A model generated the notes under the pieces. That model was not told the DNA's origin, did no database searches, and saw only the letters and a program-made list of their open reading frames with translations. This document shows, piece by piece, positions 48,870-59,039 of a DNA stretch of 64,000 bases. Position 1 is the stretch's first letter; each line of letters starts with the position of its first letter. The DNA comes from Deferribacteraceae bacterium UBA6799 (GTDB lineage: Bacteria > Chrysiogenota > Deferribacteres > Deferribacterales > Geovibrionaceae): contig DKFJ01000007.1 of NCBI GenBank assembly GCA_002452335.1, forward strand, positions 66,571 through 130,570, in the 5' to 3' direction. Both the position numbers and the translations under genes were made by a program.

Positions 48870-49177
48870 GATTAGTATCCCTGTGTGAAACTTTTCTACA
48901 CAGGGATTATTATCCTTCCGCCGGTTTCTTTTCTACTCGGTGGCGGATAATAAATAACCTGATAATCAATATCAATGATGCCCGCGGAAATAAAAAAAGC
49001 CGCTCTTAAAGGCGGCTTTCATTGCACATGCGCTGAAACGGTTTATCCCTGCTGGCGCAGGGAATATGCAAACAAAAAAAGGCACCAGCCAAAAGCTGAC
49101 GCCTTTTTTTAAATCGGGATGACAGGATTGATGGCAAACAAGTTTGCCAAATCACCACCTGCATAAATGAAAAAAGC

Positions 49178-49209
49178 GAGAAACCTTTTAAAGTCTCTCG
49201 CTTCTCTAA
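49178..49209 (-). terminator. terminator immediately 3' of tRNA-Pro
   Basis: On the minus strand, gcgagagac-ttttaaagg-tttctcgc followed by tttttt. Confidence 0.55.
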
Positions 49210-49283
49210 TCGGGATGACAGGATTTGAACCTGCGACCACACCCACCCCAAGGGTGTACGCTACCAGTCTGCGCTACATCCCG
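49210..49283 (-). tRNA. tRNA-Pro (anticodon GGG)
   Basis: The minus-strand cloverleaf is CGGGATG-TA-GCGC-AGACTGGTA-GCGT-A-CACCC-TTGGGGT-GGGTG-TGGTC-GCAGG-TTCAAAT-CCTGT-CATCCCG-A. CCA is not encoded. Confidence 0.85.
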
Positions 49284-49520
49284 TTATCCTGTCTAACTAC
49301 CTGTTTGACAGGAGAGTGTTATATACCAAAGCTGATACCCCATGTCAAGAAAATTGTAAGAAAAATTAACATTGTCTTCTAAACCCCTGAAAACAGGGCT
49401 TCATAGAAAAAAATTAATCTTTTAATGAAAGTCTGACATTGGCTTAACAAATATTTTACAACTCCATAGTAAACCTTACGCTATCAGTTATATTGATGAA
49501 AATCCAAACAGGAGGATTAA

Positions 49521-50534
49521 ATGAAAAAGCTCACAACGCTTGTGCTGTCCATCATCGCACTTGCAGCATTCACATTCTCTGCTCATGCCAGAGACCAGAT
49601 CAGAATCGTAGGTTCCTCAACAGTGTACCCCTTCGCATCTTATGTTGCTGAGGAGTTCGGAGCCACAGGCAAATTCAAAACACCCATTATCGAGTCAACA
49701 GGTTCAGGCGGCGGTCACAAACTTTTCGCAGCCGGTTCTGACCTTAACACTCCCGACATCACTAACTCTTCCAGAAGAATGAAAGGAAGTGAGTTCGAAC
49801 TTAACATGAAAACTGGCAACAAAGAGATCACAGAAGTTATCATCGGTTACGATGGTATCGCTATCGCTTTTAACAAAAGCAACCCCGATCTCGCTCTGAC
49901 TAAAAAAGATCTTGCCATGGCTGTGGCTGAAGAAGTGCCCGTTAACGGCAAACTTGTAGCTAACCCTTACAAATACTGGGACGAAGTTAACTCTTCACTT
50001 CCCCACAAAAAAATCGTGATCTACGGACCTCCTACATCTTCAGGCACAAGAGACGCTTTTGAAGAAATGGTTATGGAAGAAGTAACACACAAGATGGATG
50101 AATACGGCAAAAAAGCCTACAAAAAAATCCGTCAGGACGGCGCTTACATCCCCGCCGGTGAAAACGATAACCTGATCGTTCAGAAACTCGCTAAAGATAA
50201 AGACGCTATCGGTATCTTCGGATATTCTTTCCTTGAAGAAAACGGCGACAGAATCAAAGGCGCTTCTGTAGACGGTTTCGCTCCTACACCCGCTAACATA
50301 TCTTCAGGTAAATACCCGATATCAAGATCACTTTACTTCTATGTAAAACTCGGTCACATCGGTATGGTTCCCGGAATGCAGGAATATGTTGACCAGTTCC
50401 TTTCAGAAAAAATGATCGGCGACAAAGGTCTTCTTAAAAAGATCGGTCTTATCCCCCTTCCCAAAGCAGACAGAGATGCTATGCGCGCAAGATGGGCTAA
50501 ACACCAGAACCTTACACTTAAAGACCTTAAATAA
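49521..50534 (+). CDS. pstS: phosphate ABC transporter substrate-binding protein
   Basis: Signal peptide, PBP fold and motifs GSSTVYP / TGSGGG. Confidence 0.85.
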   Translation: MKKLTTLVLSIIALAAFTFSAHARDQIRIVGSSTVYPFASYVAEEFGATGKFKTPIIESTGSGGGHKLFAAGSDLNTPDITNSSRRMKGSEFELNMKTGNKEITEVIIGYDGIAIAFNKSNPDLALTKKDLAMAVAEEVPVNGKLVANPYKYWDEVNSSLPHKKIVIYGPPTSSGTRDAFEEMVMEEVTHKMDEYGKKAYKKIRQDGAYIPAGENDNLIVQKLAKDKDAIGIFGYSFLEENGDRIKGASVDGFAPTPANISSGKYPISRSLYFYVKLGHIGMVPGMQEYVDQFLSEKMIGDKGLLKKIGLIPLPKADRDAMRARWAKHQNLTLKDLK

Positions 50535-50605
50535 GAAACTCTTTTTCATGGTCTGCCGTTTCGGCGGCAGACCATGTTTTTATAACTAGCTGTTTGGAGA
50601 ATTAG

Positions 50606-51847
50606 ATGCTTAAAGTTCTTTTATACTTTCTCATTGGCGTACTTCCACTTTGCTATATGGCATTCTACATCGGAAGCAAAAAAGCTAAAAAAGGCGAGGC
50701 CGCTCTCGGAGAAAGATTCCACTCCAGACCCGGTCACTACGGATGGTTTACAGTCATATGGATGGCGGTGCCGTCTCTTGTGATCTCTTTTATCTTCACA
50801 CTTCTTGGCTCGTCCAAGGTTTTTATCGTACCCGCTTCAATGCGTTTATCCACGGTTCTTGTTCTGGCGGCTTTCGGTCTCTGGTTCGCTCTCAGAAAGA
50901 TCAACCCTTCGCTCCGCGCCAGAAACTTTATCGAGCAAACAATCAAGGTAGCGCTCATCACAGCGTCCCTTGTTTCCATAATAACAACAATAGGCATCGT
51001 GTTTTCAATACTTTTCGAGGCGATGCATTTCTTCAGCAAGGTTCCGATATGGGATTTCATAACCGGAACAGAATGGAGCCCTGACACAGCGTTTCTGGAA
51101 GGAGCCGGACGTGACGGTTCCGAGGCGGCAAAGGCTCAGTTCGGTTCTCTGCCTATATTCTCCGGAACATTCATTATAACAATAATAGCCCTGCTGGTGG
51201 CTGTTCCCATAGGTCTCTTCTCCGCCATATTCATGTCAGAATATGCCAGCAACAGAGTAAGAGGAATGGTAAAACCCATTCTGGAAATCCTCGCCGGTAT
51301 CCCCACAGTGGTATACGGTTTCTTCGCCGCTATCACAGTGAGCCCGCTGGTTGTAAGAACAGCAGAGGCTATGGGTCTTCAGGCGGACTATACCAATGCT
51401 CTCAGCCCCGGGCTTGTTATGGGGATCATGATAATACCGTTCGTATCATCACTCTCTGACGACGTTATCAACGCTATTCCTCAGAACATGCGTGAAGGAT
51501 CGCTGGCTCTGGGTATGACAAGATCAGAGACAATGAAACACGTTCTTCTGCCCGCTGCTCTGCCCGGCATCATCTCCGCCGTTCTGCTGGCTCTCTCCAG
51601 AGCCATAGGCGAAACCATGATCGTGGTGATGGCAGCCGGACTCCAGCCGAACCTGACATGGAACCCGCTGGAAGGTATGACAACGGTAACAGTTAGGATC
51701 GTAGACGCTCTCACCGGCGACCAGTCCTTCGACAGCCTTGAAACTCTCTCGGCGTTCGGTCTGGGATTTGTCCTGCTTATAGTGACTCTGATACTGAACA
51801 TCGTTTCCAGCATAGTCATCAGAAAGTTCCGCAAACAATATGTATAA
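50606..51847 (+). CDS. pstC: phosphate ABC transporter permease PstC
   Basis: 413-aa permease with extended N-terminus and an EAA-like loop. Confidence 0.85.
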   Translation: MLKVLLYFLIGVLPLCYMAFYIGSKKAKKGEAALGERFHSRPGHYGWFTVIWMAVPSLVISFIFTLLGSSKVFIVPASMRLSTVLVLAAFGLWFALRKINPSLRARNFIEQTIKVALITASLVSIITTIGIVFSILFEAMHFFSKVPIWDFITGTEWSPDTAFLEGAGRDGSEAAKAQFGSLPIFSGTFIITIIALLVAVPIGLFSAIFMSEYASNRVRGMVKPILEILAGIPTVVYGFFAAITVSPLVVRTAEAMGLQADYTNALSPGLVMGIMIIPFVSSLSDDVINAIPQNMREGSLALGMTRSETMKHVLLPAALPGIISAVLLALSRAIGETMIVVMAAGLQPNLTWNPLEGMTTVTVRIVDALTGDQSFDSLETLSAFGLGFVLLIVTLILNIVSSIVIRKFRKQYV

Positions 51848-51864
51848 TTAATCGGGAATAACAA

Positions 51865-53028
51865 ATGGACAAAGAAAAAAGAAGACAGCAGAGAATTAAT
51901 AGAAGATACAGGGGCGAGACAATTTTCAGAGCCTGCTCCATGATGGCCATAGTCGTCGCGGCGGCTTTTCTGATATTTTTTCTCGTGGACATAATCCGCA
52001 CCGGCTACACCGCATTTCAGCAGACAGAGATCAATGTGGATGTGGTTTATAATCAGGATACTGTTGACTTCCCACAGACAGCCGTTCCTGATGAGCTTTC
52101 TGATCTTGTCAGCCGCGGTTTCCTCCGTCTGATACCTAATCAGGTAGAGGCAGATCCTGAGCTGATGGGTACCACACAGAATATGTGGATACTTGCAGAG
52201 GCAGAGGTTGACCAGTATATCAAAGGAAAACCTAATAAGCTGGATGAGGAAGAGATCGCCGTCGTAGAAAAACTGAGAGCCGAAGGCAAGATCAAGAAAT
52301 TCTTCAACAAGGGCTTCTTCACAAACGGAGATTCAAAACTGCCGGAGATGGCAGGTCTGAAATCCGCTGTGATAGGTACTCTCTATGTTCTGATGCTTAC
52401 AATGATGTTCTCCATACCTGTGGGTGTCATGACAGCCATCTATCTGGAGGAATTCGCCTCAGACAACTGGCTCACCAGAATAATAGAGGTAAACATAAAT
52501 AACCTCGCCGCCATCCCGTCGATCATCTTCGGTCTTCTGGGTCTGGCGATATTCATAAACATTTTCGGAGTCCCCAGATCATCTGCCCTCGCAGGAGGTC
52601 TGACGCTGTCTCTGATGACACTTCCCGTCATCATCATAAGCACCAGAGCATCACTGCGCTCCGTGCCTGACACCATACGTCAGGGCGCTCAGGGCGTGGG
52701 AGCTTCACCCTGGCAGGTGGTCTGGCACCACATACTGCCTCTCTCTCTGCCCGGCATCATGACAGGATCCATCATCGGTCTGGCACATGCCATGGGCGAG
52801 ACTGCCCCTCTTCTGATCGTTGGTATGCTGGCATATATTCCGTCAGCCCCCACCAGCATCACAGAGGCGGCCACAGTGCTTCCGGCGCAGATATATACAT
52901 GGTCGTCTGATTCACTTAGAGCCTATACAGAACGTACGGCTCTTGGTATTATTGTACTGCTGAGCATACTTCTGATGCTGAACGCTGTTGCGGTTGTCCT
53001 CAGAAACAAGTATGAACGTAAATGGTAA
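51865..53028 (+). CDS. pstA: phosphate ABC transporter permease PstA
   Basis: 387-aa permease with a large periplasmic insertion. Confidence 0.85.
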   Translation: MDKEKRRQQRINRRYRGETIFRACSMMAIVVAAAFLIFFLVDIIRTGYTAFQQTEINVDVVYNQDTVDFPQTAVPDELSDLVSRGFLRLIPNQVEADPELMGTTQNMWILAEAEVDQYIKGKPNKLDEEEIAVVEKLRAEGKIKKFFNKGFFTNGDSKLPEMAGLKSAVIGTLYVLMLTMMFSIPVGVMTAIYLEEFASDNWLTRIIEVNINNLAAIPSIIFGLLGLAIFINIFGVPRSSALAGGLTLSLMTLPVIIISTRASLRSVPDTIRQGAQGVGASPWQVVWHHILPLSLPGIMTGSIIGLAHAMGETAPLLIVGMLAYIPSAPTSITEAATVLPAQIYTWSSDSLRAYTERTALGIIVLLSILLMLNAVAVVLRNKYERKW

Positions 53029-53057
53029 TCAAGACTCGGTTATGAGCGGAGAAATAA

Positions 53058-53822
53058 ATGGAAAATAAGTTTAAAATGAAATCTGAGGCACTGAACTTCT
53101 ATTATGGTGATTTTCATGCTCTCAGGGATATCAACCTGACCTTTCCCGAAAAGAAAGTTACAGCTCTGATAGGACCTTCCGGCTGCGGTAAATCGACCTA
53201 TCTGAGATGTTTCAATAGAATGAACGACCTGATAAAAGGAATCAAGGTTGTGGGCGGGATCTATCTGGACAACCAGGAGATACACGACCACAAACTCGAT
53301 GTTGTGGAGCTCCGCAGACGAGTGGGAATGGTTTTTCAGAAACCCAACCCCTTCCCCAAAACCATCTATGAAAACATAGCCTATGCCCCCAGAATACATG
53401 GTCTGGTCTCCAAAGGCAGCGAAATGGACGATCTGGTGGAAGGCTCTCTGAAAAAAGCCGGACTCTGGGAAGAGGTTAAGGACAGGCTGAAATCTCAGGC
53501 GACAGCCCTCTCCGGCGGTCAGCAGCAGAGACTCTGCATAGCCAGAGCCCTCGCCATGGAGCCTGAAGTCCTTCTGATGGACGAACCTGCCTCCGCTCTG
53601 GACCCTATCGCCACGCAGAAGATAGAGGAACTCATTTACGAGCTTAAAGAGCGCCTGACAGTTATCATCGTTACCCACAACATGCAGCAGGCGGCCAGAG
53701 TCTCCGACTACACCGCTTTCTTCTACATGGGCGAACTGATAGAGGTGGGCGACACCAGCACTATTTTCACAAACCCTTCTGTTAAAAAGACTGAGGATTA
53801 TATTACCGGACGTTTCGGCTGA
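53058..53822 (+). CDS. pstB: phosphate ABC transporter ATP-binding protein
   Basis: [23 protein letters not shown] and [12 protein letters not shown]. Confidence 0.92.
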   Translation: MENKFKMKSEALNFYYGDFHALRDINLTFPEKKVTALIGPSGCGKSTYLRCFNRMNDLIKGIKVVGGIYLDNQEIHDHKLDVVELRRRVGMVFQKPNPFPKTIYENIAYAPRIHGLVSKGSEMDDLVEGSLKKAGLWEEVKDRLKSQATALSGGQQQRLCIARALAMEPEVLLMDEPASALDPIATQKIEELIYELKERLTVIIVTHNMQQAARVSDYTAFFYMGELIEVGDTSTIFTNPSVKKTEDYITGRFG

Positions 53823-53842
53823 TCCTTATTTTTCATGATATC

Positions 53843-53872
53843 AAGGGGCGGTTCATCCGCCCTTTTTTTATT
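53843..53872 (+). terminator. rho-independent terminator after pstB
   Basis: aaggggcgg-ttcat-ccgccctttttttatttg. Confidence 0.8.
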
Positions 53873-54007
53873 TGTCAAAGCACTGTTAAATTCTTGCAAG
53901 GTATTCTTATTATTTATTAATTCGGATATTTATCATTTGACTGACTCCCCCTCTGATTTTACAATTCAGCATAAACAAAACTCATTAATAATATTTAGGG
54001 GCGTGTT

Positions 54008-55999
54008 ATGCGGTTAGTCCAGATTTTCAAAAATATGCGGATCAAAACAAAAACACTTCTATTGTTTGCGGCGTGTCTCATCATGAGCCTTTCTGTCACG
54101 GGATATTTCGTTATCAGAAATATCGAGACTTATTTTTCCAAACAGGTGGAAACACTGCTGACAGCGCAGGCAAACTCTTTCAGGGACAGACTATCCGGAT
54201 TCAACGAGCTGTCCAAAAAACTGGCTGATTCCAACAAGGACGACATCAAAATGATACTCAGCAACGAGCTGAACTCCATCAGCGACACAGCGGAAAGGAT
54301 ATACAGCGCTTATACCATCGCCGGAGAGAACGGCGAAGCTATCAAATTCAGGATAATGGACGTTACGGATAAAAAGAAAATAGGAAAAAGCGGGTTTGCC
54401 TTCGCTCTGGACACAGACAGCTTTTTTTCCGTTATGCCCGATTATCCGCTTAAAGACGAAGGGTCGCTCTTTCAAAAGCTGAACAACAAAAGCGAGCTGT
54501 CCGTCATCGAGTCAAAACGGGGAGACAAGCTCTACACGATGTGCAGTTTCAGCGAGAAATACCAATGGCTTCTGTGCGCCGCCATGCCGGAGAAAGAGGC
54601 CTCCGCCGGGTCTATATACATAGATAACTACGCTGAACAGTCCTTCGCTGACTTTATACATAACACGACGCTCGCTAAAACCGGCTACTATTACGCTATA
54701 GACATGAACGGAAAAGTTCTGCTGCACCACGACAAAGAGACGGAGGGACGTGATCTGTCCGGCGAACACTTCATTCAGCAGATGCTGAAAACCAAAAACG
54801 GCACAATGACCTACTCGTGGAATGGTAAAACCAAGCTGATAAGCTATGCCTATATAGAACCCCTCAACTGTATCCTGGCAGGCGGAGCCAGCAAACAGGA
54901 ACTGGCCGGAAATTTCTTTATCAAAATAATATTCAGATTCACCATAACTGCGGTTATGATGCTGATCATAGCATCGCTTCTGATGAACACTCTCTTCAAG
55001 AACAACATAGTGAAACCGCTGAACAAACTGGGCGCCTTCATGGAAAAGATATCCACAGGCGACCTGTCTGTAAGGTGCGAGATCAACAGAAAAGACGAGG
55101 TTGGCTCCATGGGCGAGCTGATAAACAGCATGATAGAGAGATTCGAATCCGCCATGAAAGACGTAAAACACGCGTCCGATGACGTCAGCTCACACTCCAT
55201 CAGCCTGACAGACGCCAGCGCCCAGCTTTCAGAGGCCATCAGATCCCAGTCGGAAAGAACGGCGGATGTGGAGCTCGCCGTGCGGGAAATTCTGAAATCC
55301 TTCGAAAGCATCTCCGGCAATATAGAGAACGTCAGCTCCGAGATCATGGGCATCAGACAGAGCGCCACAGACGGACAGACAACGCTGGAATCAACAGTGA
55401 AAGGAATAAACACACTCACATCTACTGTAATGAACACAGCTGAAAACATAAACAGCCTCGGCAGCTCATCCGAACATATCACCGAGATACTGAAAGTTAT
55501 AACAGATATCGCCGAACAGACAAACCTGCTGGCGCTGAACGCCGCCATCGAGGCAGCCAGAGCCGGAGAACACGGCAGAGGTTTCGCAGTGGTGGCGGAC
55601 GAAGTGAGGAAGCTGGCAGAGCGCACACGCACAGCCACCGAAGAGATATCCACCATGACCGAGAACATCCGCAAACAGGTTCAGATATCCGTAAACGACA
55701 TAGCGTCCGGAGCAAAGCTGGCTCAGGAGGGCGAACAGATGGTCTATGGTCTGAAAACAGCTCTGGACAGCATCATCACAGGAGTCATAGGCGTATCGGA
55801 CAGCATACAGTCAGTATCCGCAGCTATGGAGCAGCAGAACCAGTCCAGCAGACAGATATCCGAGAACTCCGCCACCATCGCTTCCTATTCCAAGACCAAC
55901 TCAGATATCGCTTTTTCCAACAAAGAGCAGGCGATGCTTTTGTCTAAACTATCTGAAAAACTGAACGGTTCCGTGAAAAAATTCATATTGAACAACTGA
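54008..55999 (+). CDS. methyl-accepting chemotaxis protein with a periplasmic Cache-type sensor (intact)
   Basis: Two transmembrane segments, HAMP and an MCP signalling domain with a complete C-terminal ...[12 protein letters not shown]. Confidence 0.9.
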   Translation: MRLVQIFKNMRIKTKTLLLFAACLIMSLSVTGYFVIRNIETYFSKQVETLLTAQANSFRDRLSGFNELSKKLADSNKDDIKMILSNELNSISDTAERIYSAYTIAGENGEAIKFRIMDVTDKKKIGKSGFAFALDTDSFFSVMPDYPLKDEGSLFQKLNNKSELSVIESKRGDKLYTMCSFSEKYQWLLCAAMPEKEASAGSIYIDNYAEQSFADFIHNTTLAKTGYYYAIDMNGKVLLHHDKETEGRDLSGEHFIQQMLKTKNGTMTYSWNGKTKLISYAYIEPLNCILAGGASKQELAGNFFIKIIFRFTITAVMMLIIASLLMNTLFKNNIVKPLNKLGAFMEKISTGDLSVRCEINRKDEVGSMGELINSMIERFESAMKDVKHASDDVSSHSISLTDASAQLSEAIRSQSERTADVELAVREILKSFESISGNIENVSSEIMGIRQSATDGQTTLESTVKGINTLTSTVMNTAENINSLGSSSEHITEILKVITDIAEQTNLLALNAAIEAARAGEHGRGFAVVADEVRKLAERTRTATEEISTMTENIRKQVQISVNDIASGAKLAQEGEQMVYGLKTALDSIITGVIGVSDSIQSVSAAMEQQNQSSRQISENSATIASYSKTNSDIAFSNKEQAMLLSKLSEKLNGSVKKFILNN

Positions 56000-56047
56000 C
56001 AGGGTTGGTGTAGTGTTCTTTTTCTTAAAAAAAAAGGACACTGCACC

Positions 56048-56938
56048 ATGAACCGTAAACTCAGGGAATACCTCGCCGACACATCGCTGATAACCATATC
56101 GCTGATATGGGGAAGCACTTTTATAATAGTAAAAAAGACAGTTGAGCTCTTTGAGCCTATCACCTTTGTCGGACTGAGATTCACTCTGGCATTCTTTATA
56201 ATGCTTCTTTTCTGCTGGCCCAGAAGAAAAAACTTTAACTATGATCTGCTGAAAGACGGTCTGATAATAGGTGTGTCACTCTTTATCGTATTCACCTTTC
56301 AGACGCTTGCGCTGAAATACAGCCCCGCATCCGAAGTGGGCTTTCTGACAGGATTATACGTTCTTTTTGTCCCTGTTCTGTCCGCTGTCTTTCTGAAAAA
56401 ATATCCCCATATCTTTTCATGGATAGGCGTCATATTCTCTGCCGCCGGAATGATGATGATAACCATGACAGACAGCCTCAGCCTTTCTGTGGGACAGTCT
56501 TTCGCTATTCTGAACGCTTTTTTTATAGGCATACAGATCATTCTGACAGACAAGTATTCCAGAAAACACGACGTGGTTCTGCTGACCGCCATAGAGATCG
56601 GCGCAGTGGCCGCGCTCTCCATGATATACTCTGTTCTTTTTGAAAACCCTGACTATTCGCAGCTCAGACACAGCTATGTTTTTTATTCTCTGATATTCAA
56701 CGCAGTAATAGCCACTGTATTCTGTTTTTTCATTCAGATGGCCATGCAGAAGCACACCACACCTACAAAAGCGGCAATTATGTTTACCATTGAGCCGATA
56801 TCCTCAGCTTTTTTCAGCTTTTTTATCGGAGCAGAGATAATGATGTTCAGACAATACGCCGGTGCCGTAATGATAATCTCCGCTATAGTCATAGCTGAGA
56901 CCGGAACCTATCTTCGCCTGTCAAAAAGTAAAGGATGA
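56048..56938 (+). CDS. EamA/DMT-family transporter
   Basis: Ten transmembrane segments with tandem EamA repeats. Confidence 0.75.
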   Translation: MNRKLREYLADTSLITISLIWGSTFIIVKKTVELFEPITFVGLRFTLAFFIMLLFCWPRRKNFNYDLLKDGLIIGVSLFIVFTFQTLALKYSPASEVGFLTGLYVLFVPVLSAVFLKKYPHIFSWIGVIFSAAGMMMITMTDSLSLSVGQSFAILNAFFIGIQIILTDKYSRKHDVVLLTAIEIGAVAALSMIYSVLFENPDYSQLRHSYVFYSLIFNAVIATVFCFFIQMAMQKHTTPTKAAIMFTIEPISSAFFSFFIGAEIMMFRQYAGAVMIISAIVIAETGTYLRLSKSKG

Positions 56939-56973
56939 GTTGAAAAGAGCACAAATATACTTTAAATTTAAAT

Positions 56974-58584
56974 ATGAGATTCCAAAGATTTAATAATATT
57001 ATAGACAAAACTAACAACTATATTTTCAGAAAAGCGTTCATCGTTTTTGCTGTTACCGGTCTGATCACAACCCCTGTCATCTCATATCTGTTTCTGCACG
57101 AGCCGAAAAGCATGCTGGAGTCATATTATAAAGCAGAGTCCTCCGCTGTCAGATACAGCGCAGAGGTCATATCCGACAGGGTTTCAAAAGTAACTGAAGA
57201 CACAAAGTTTCTGGCGGGAATGCTGGAGCTTGGCGATTATATAAAAAAAGGCGACAGAGATTCTCTGGATAATTTCTCAAATAATCTTATAAATTTCGCT
57301 TCGCTGTCGAAGAACTACGACCAGCTGAGATATCTGGACTCAGCCGGACAGGAACTGGTCAGGGTAAACTACAAATCCGGATTGCCGTTTCTCGTATCCG
57401 GAAAAGAGCTTCAGAATAAATCAAAGAGATATTACTTCACCGGTGCCATGAGCATGAACAGAAACGATGTTTATATCTCCCCCATTGACCTGAATATTGA
57501 GAACGGGGTTCTGGAAATGCCGTTTAAGCCTATGATGCGGTTTGCGGCGCAGGTGCGTGACCCCGCCAGAGATATAAAGGGCGTTTTCGTGATAAACTAC
57601 TCGGTCAACGAAATGTTCTCCAAACTGAAACAGCTTTCCACCGGATCTCTGGGTAATATCATGCTTCTGAACAACGCCGGCTACTGGCTGCTGAGCAATG
57701 TGGAGGACGACCAGTGGGGCTTCATGCTCTCAGAGAGAGACTCCAGACTCTTTTCCAACGACTATCTGTCCGAATGGGAAAAGATGAAGGAGAGCGACAG
57801 CGGACAGTTTCTGACTGACAAAGGTCTCTTCACCTATCAGAAGCTGTATCTTCTGAAAAACGGTGCCGTGTCGACATCCATGACCAACGACAACAGAATG
57901 ATATACCACTACAGCCTGATAGTGGTTAAGCATATTCCGACAGCCGTGATGAAAAAGATCCAGAACGCAAAAATAATCAGCACACTGGAGATAATCAGCG
58001 TAATCTTCATTCTCTCCTGCATTCCTGCATGGCTGGTAGCCAGACAGTACACCAGAAAAAAGCTGAACAGCGAGATCATGGATATCAGCTCTAAATACGA
58101 CGCGCTGACCAAACTGCCCAACAGCGCCTCTTTTCAGTCGGCCCTATCATCCGCCATCAGCACCGCTGAAAAATACCATCAGACACTGGCCGTTATGATA
58201 GTCGGTCTGGATGGCTACGCCCACATCATAGAAGCGTTCGGAAAGAAAGCAGGCGACAACCTGGCGATATCCATAGCTGACCGGATAGTGGAAAAACTGA
58301 ACACAAGAGCCTATATAGCCCGAATAAAAGACGATACATTCGCCGTGATCCTCTACGATATAAAATCATCCGGAAGCGTGGAGCACGCCGCCGCCAGCAT
58401 CATAAGCGCAGCTGAAAACACTCACGCCGTATACGGCAGAGAATCCATAACAGCCCTCAGCATAGGCATCAGCATTTATCCCGAAAGCGGATACGAAAGC
58501 ACAGAGCTGGTGACAAAAGCCGAAAAAGCGCTTCTCGAGGCAAAACAGTCTGAGAGCAACTCCTACCGCATATTCCAGCCCTGA
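56974..58584 (+). CDS. membrane sensor protein with degenerate GGDEF domain
   Basis: Two transmembrane segments, a periplasmic Cache-like domain and a C-terminal GGDEF fold in which the active-site motif reads KDDTF (IARIKDDTFAVIL). The RxxD I-site is also absent. Confidence 0.75.
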   Translation: MRFQRFNNIIDKTNNYIFRKAFIVFAVTGLITTPVISYLFLHEPKSMLESYYKAESSAVRYSAEVISDRVSKVTEDTKFLAGMLELGDYIKKGDRDSLDNFSNNLINFASLSKNYDQLRYLDSAGQELVRVNYKSGLPFLVSGKELQNKSKRYYFTGAMSMNRNDVYISPIDLNIENGVLEMPFKPMMRFAAQVRDPARDIKGVFVINYSVNEMFSKLKQLSTGSLGNIMLLNNAGYWLLSNVEDDQWGFMLSERDSRLFSNDYLSEWEKMKESDSGQFLTDKGLFTYQKLYLLKNGAVSTSMTNDNRMIYHYSLIVVKHIPTAVMKKIQNAKIISTLEIISVIFILSCIPAWLVARQYTRKKLNSEIMDISSKYDALTKLPNSASFQSALSSAISTAEKYHQTLAVMIVGLDGYAHIIEAFGKKAGDNLAISIADRIVEKLNTRAYIARIKDDTFAVILYDIKSSGSVEHAAASIISAAENTHAVYGRESITALSIGISIYPESGYESTELVTKAEKALLEAKQSESNSYRIFQP

Positions 58585-59004
58585 TCACCACATCTGAAAA
58601 ACAATAAAAGAGACCACAAAAAATCAGTTTTTGAACTTTTTCTCATTTTTTTACATTTCACAGCAACCACAATTTAATATTAATGCCATTTTTCTATATT
58701 TTTTACCATCCAAACGCCCAGATCAGGCACATATAACCCTGTTTTTCCTGCATATTATCATGTTATCTGAAATTATATTGTATATCTATATATTATTTAC
58801 ATATAATATTTAAATGCTTTTTTATTAGTTATTTATACTTACACTATCTATTCATAACACAATCAGAACCCTGTATTGCGCATAGCGCACGGGGATTTTT
58901 TACCGCTTTTTTTATAGTTTTTCAAAATTATTTTGTTTTTATGTAATTTTTTTATTGACTTGAGCTAAACTTGGTAATAAATAGCTATGACTAAACAGTC
59001 AGCA

Positions 59005-59020
59005 GTGACCACAAGGTCAC
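59005..59020. promoter_or_regulatory. perfect 6-4-6 palindrome, candidate TetR operator, next to a sigma70-like promoter
   Basis: GTGACC-ACAA-GGTCAC lies 20 bp upstream of the TetR start. Promoter ttgact-N17-taataa is at 58957-58985. Confidence 0.45.
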
Positions 59021-59039
59021 CAACAGCGGGAGACTAAAA

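Noticed and set aside
49113-49190. Second tRNA or pseudo-tRNA next to tRNA-Pro
   Set aside because: Only the 16-nt 3'-end segment is duplicated and the flanking sequence cannot form a cloverleaf. I treat it as a direct repeat rather than a gene.
33375-49283. Mobile genomic island integrated at tRNA-Pro
   Set aside because: The window has no integrase, recombinase, transposase or conjugation genes, and no distal att repeat several kb away. The region is compositionally similar to its flanks. Only the short local repeat is reported.
54512-55674. Minus-strand ORFs of 219 and 274 aa
   Set aside because: They are antisense to the intact second MCP gene and produce no recognisable motifs.
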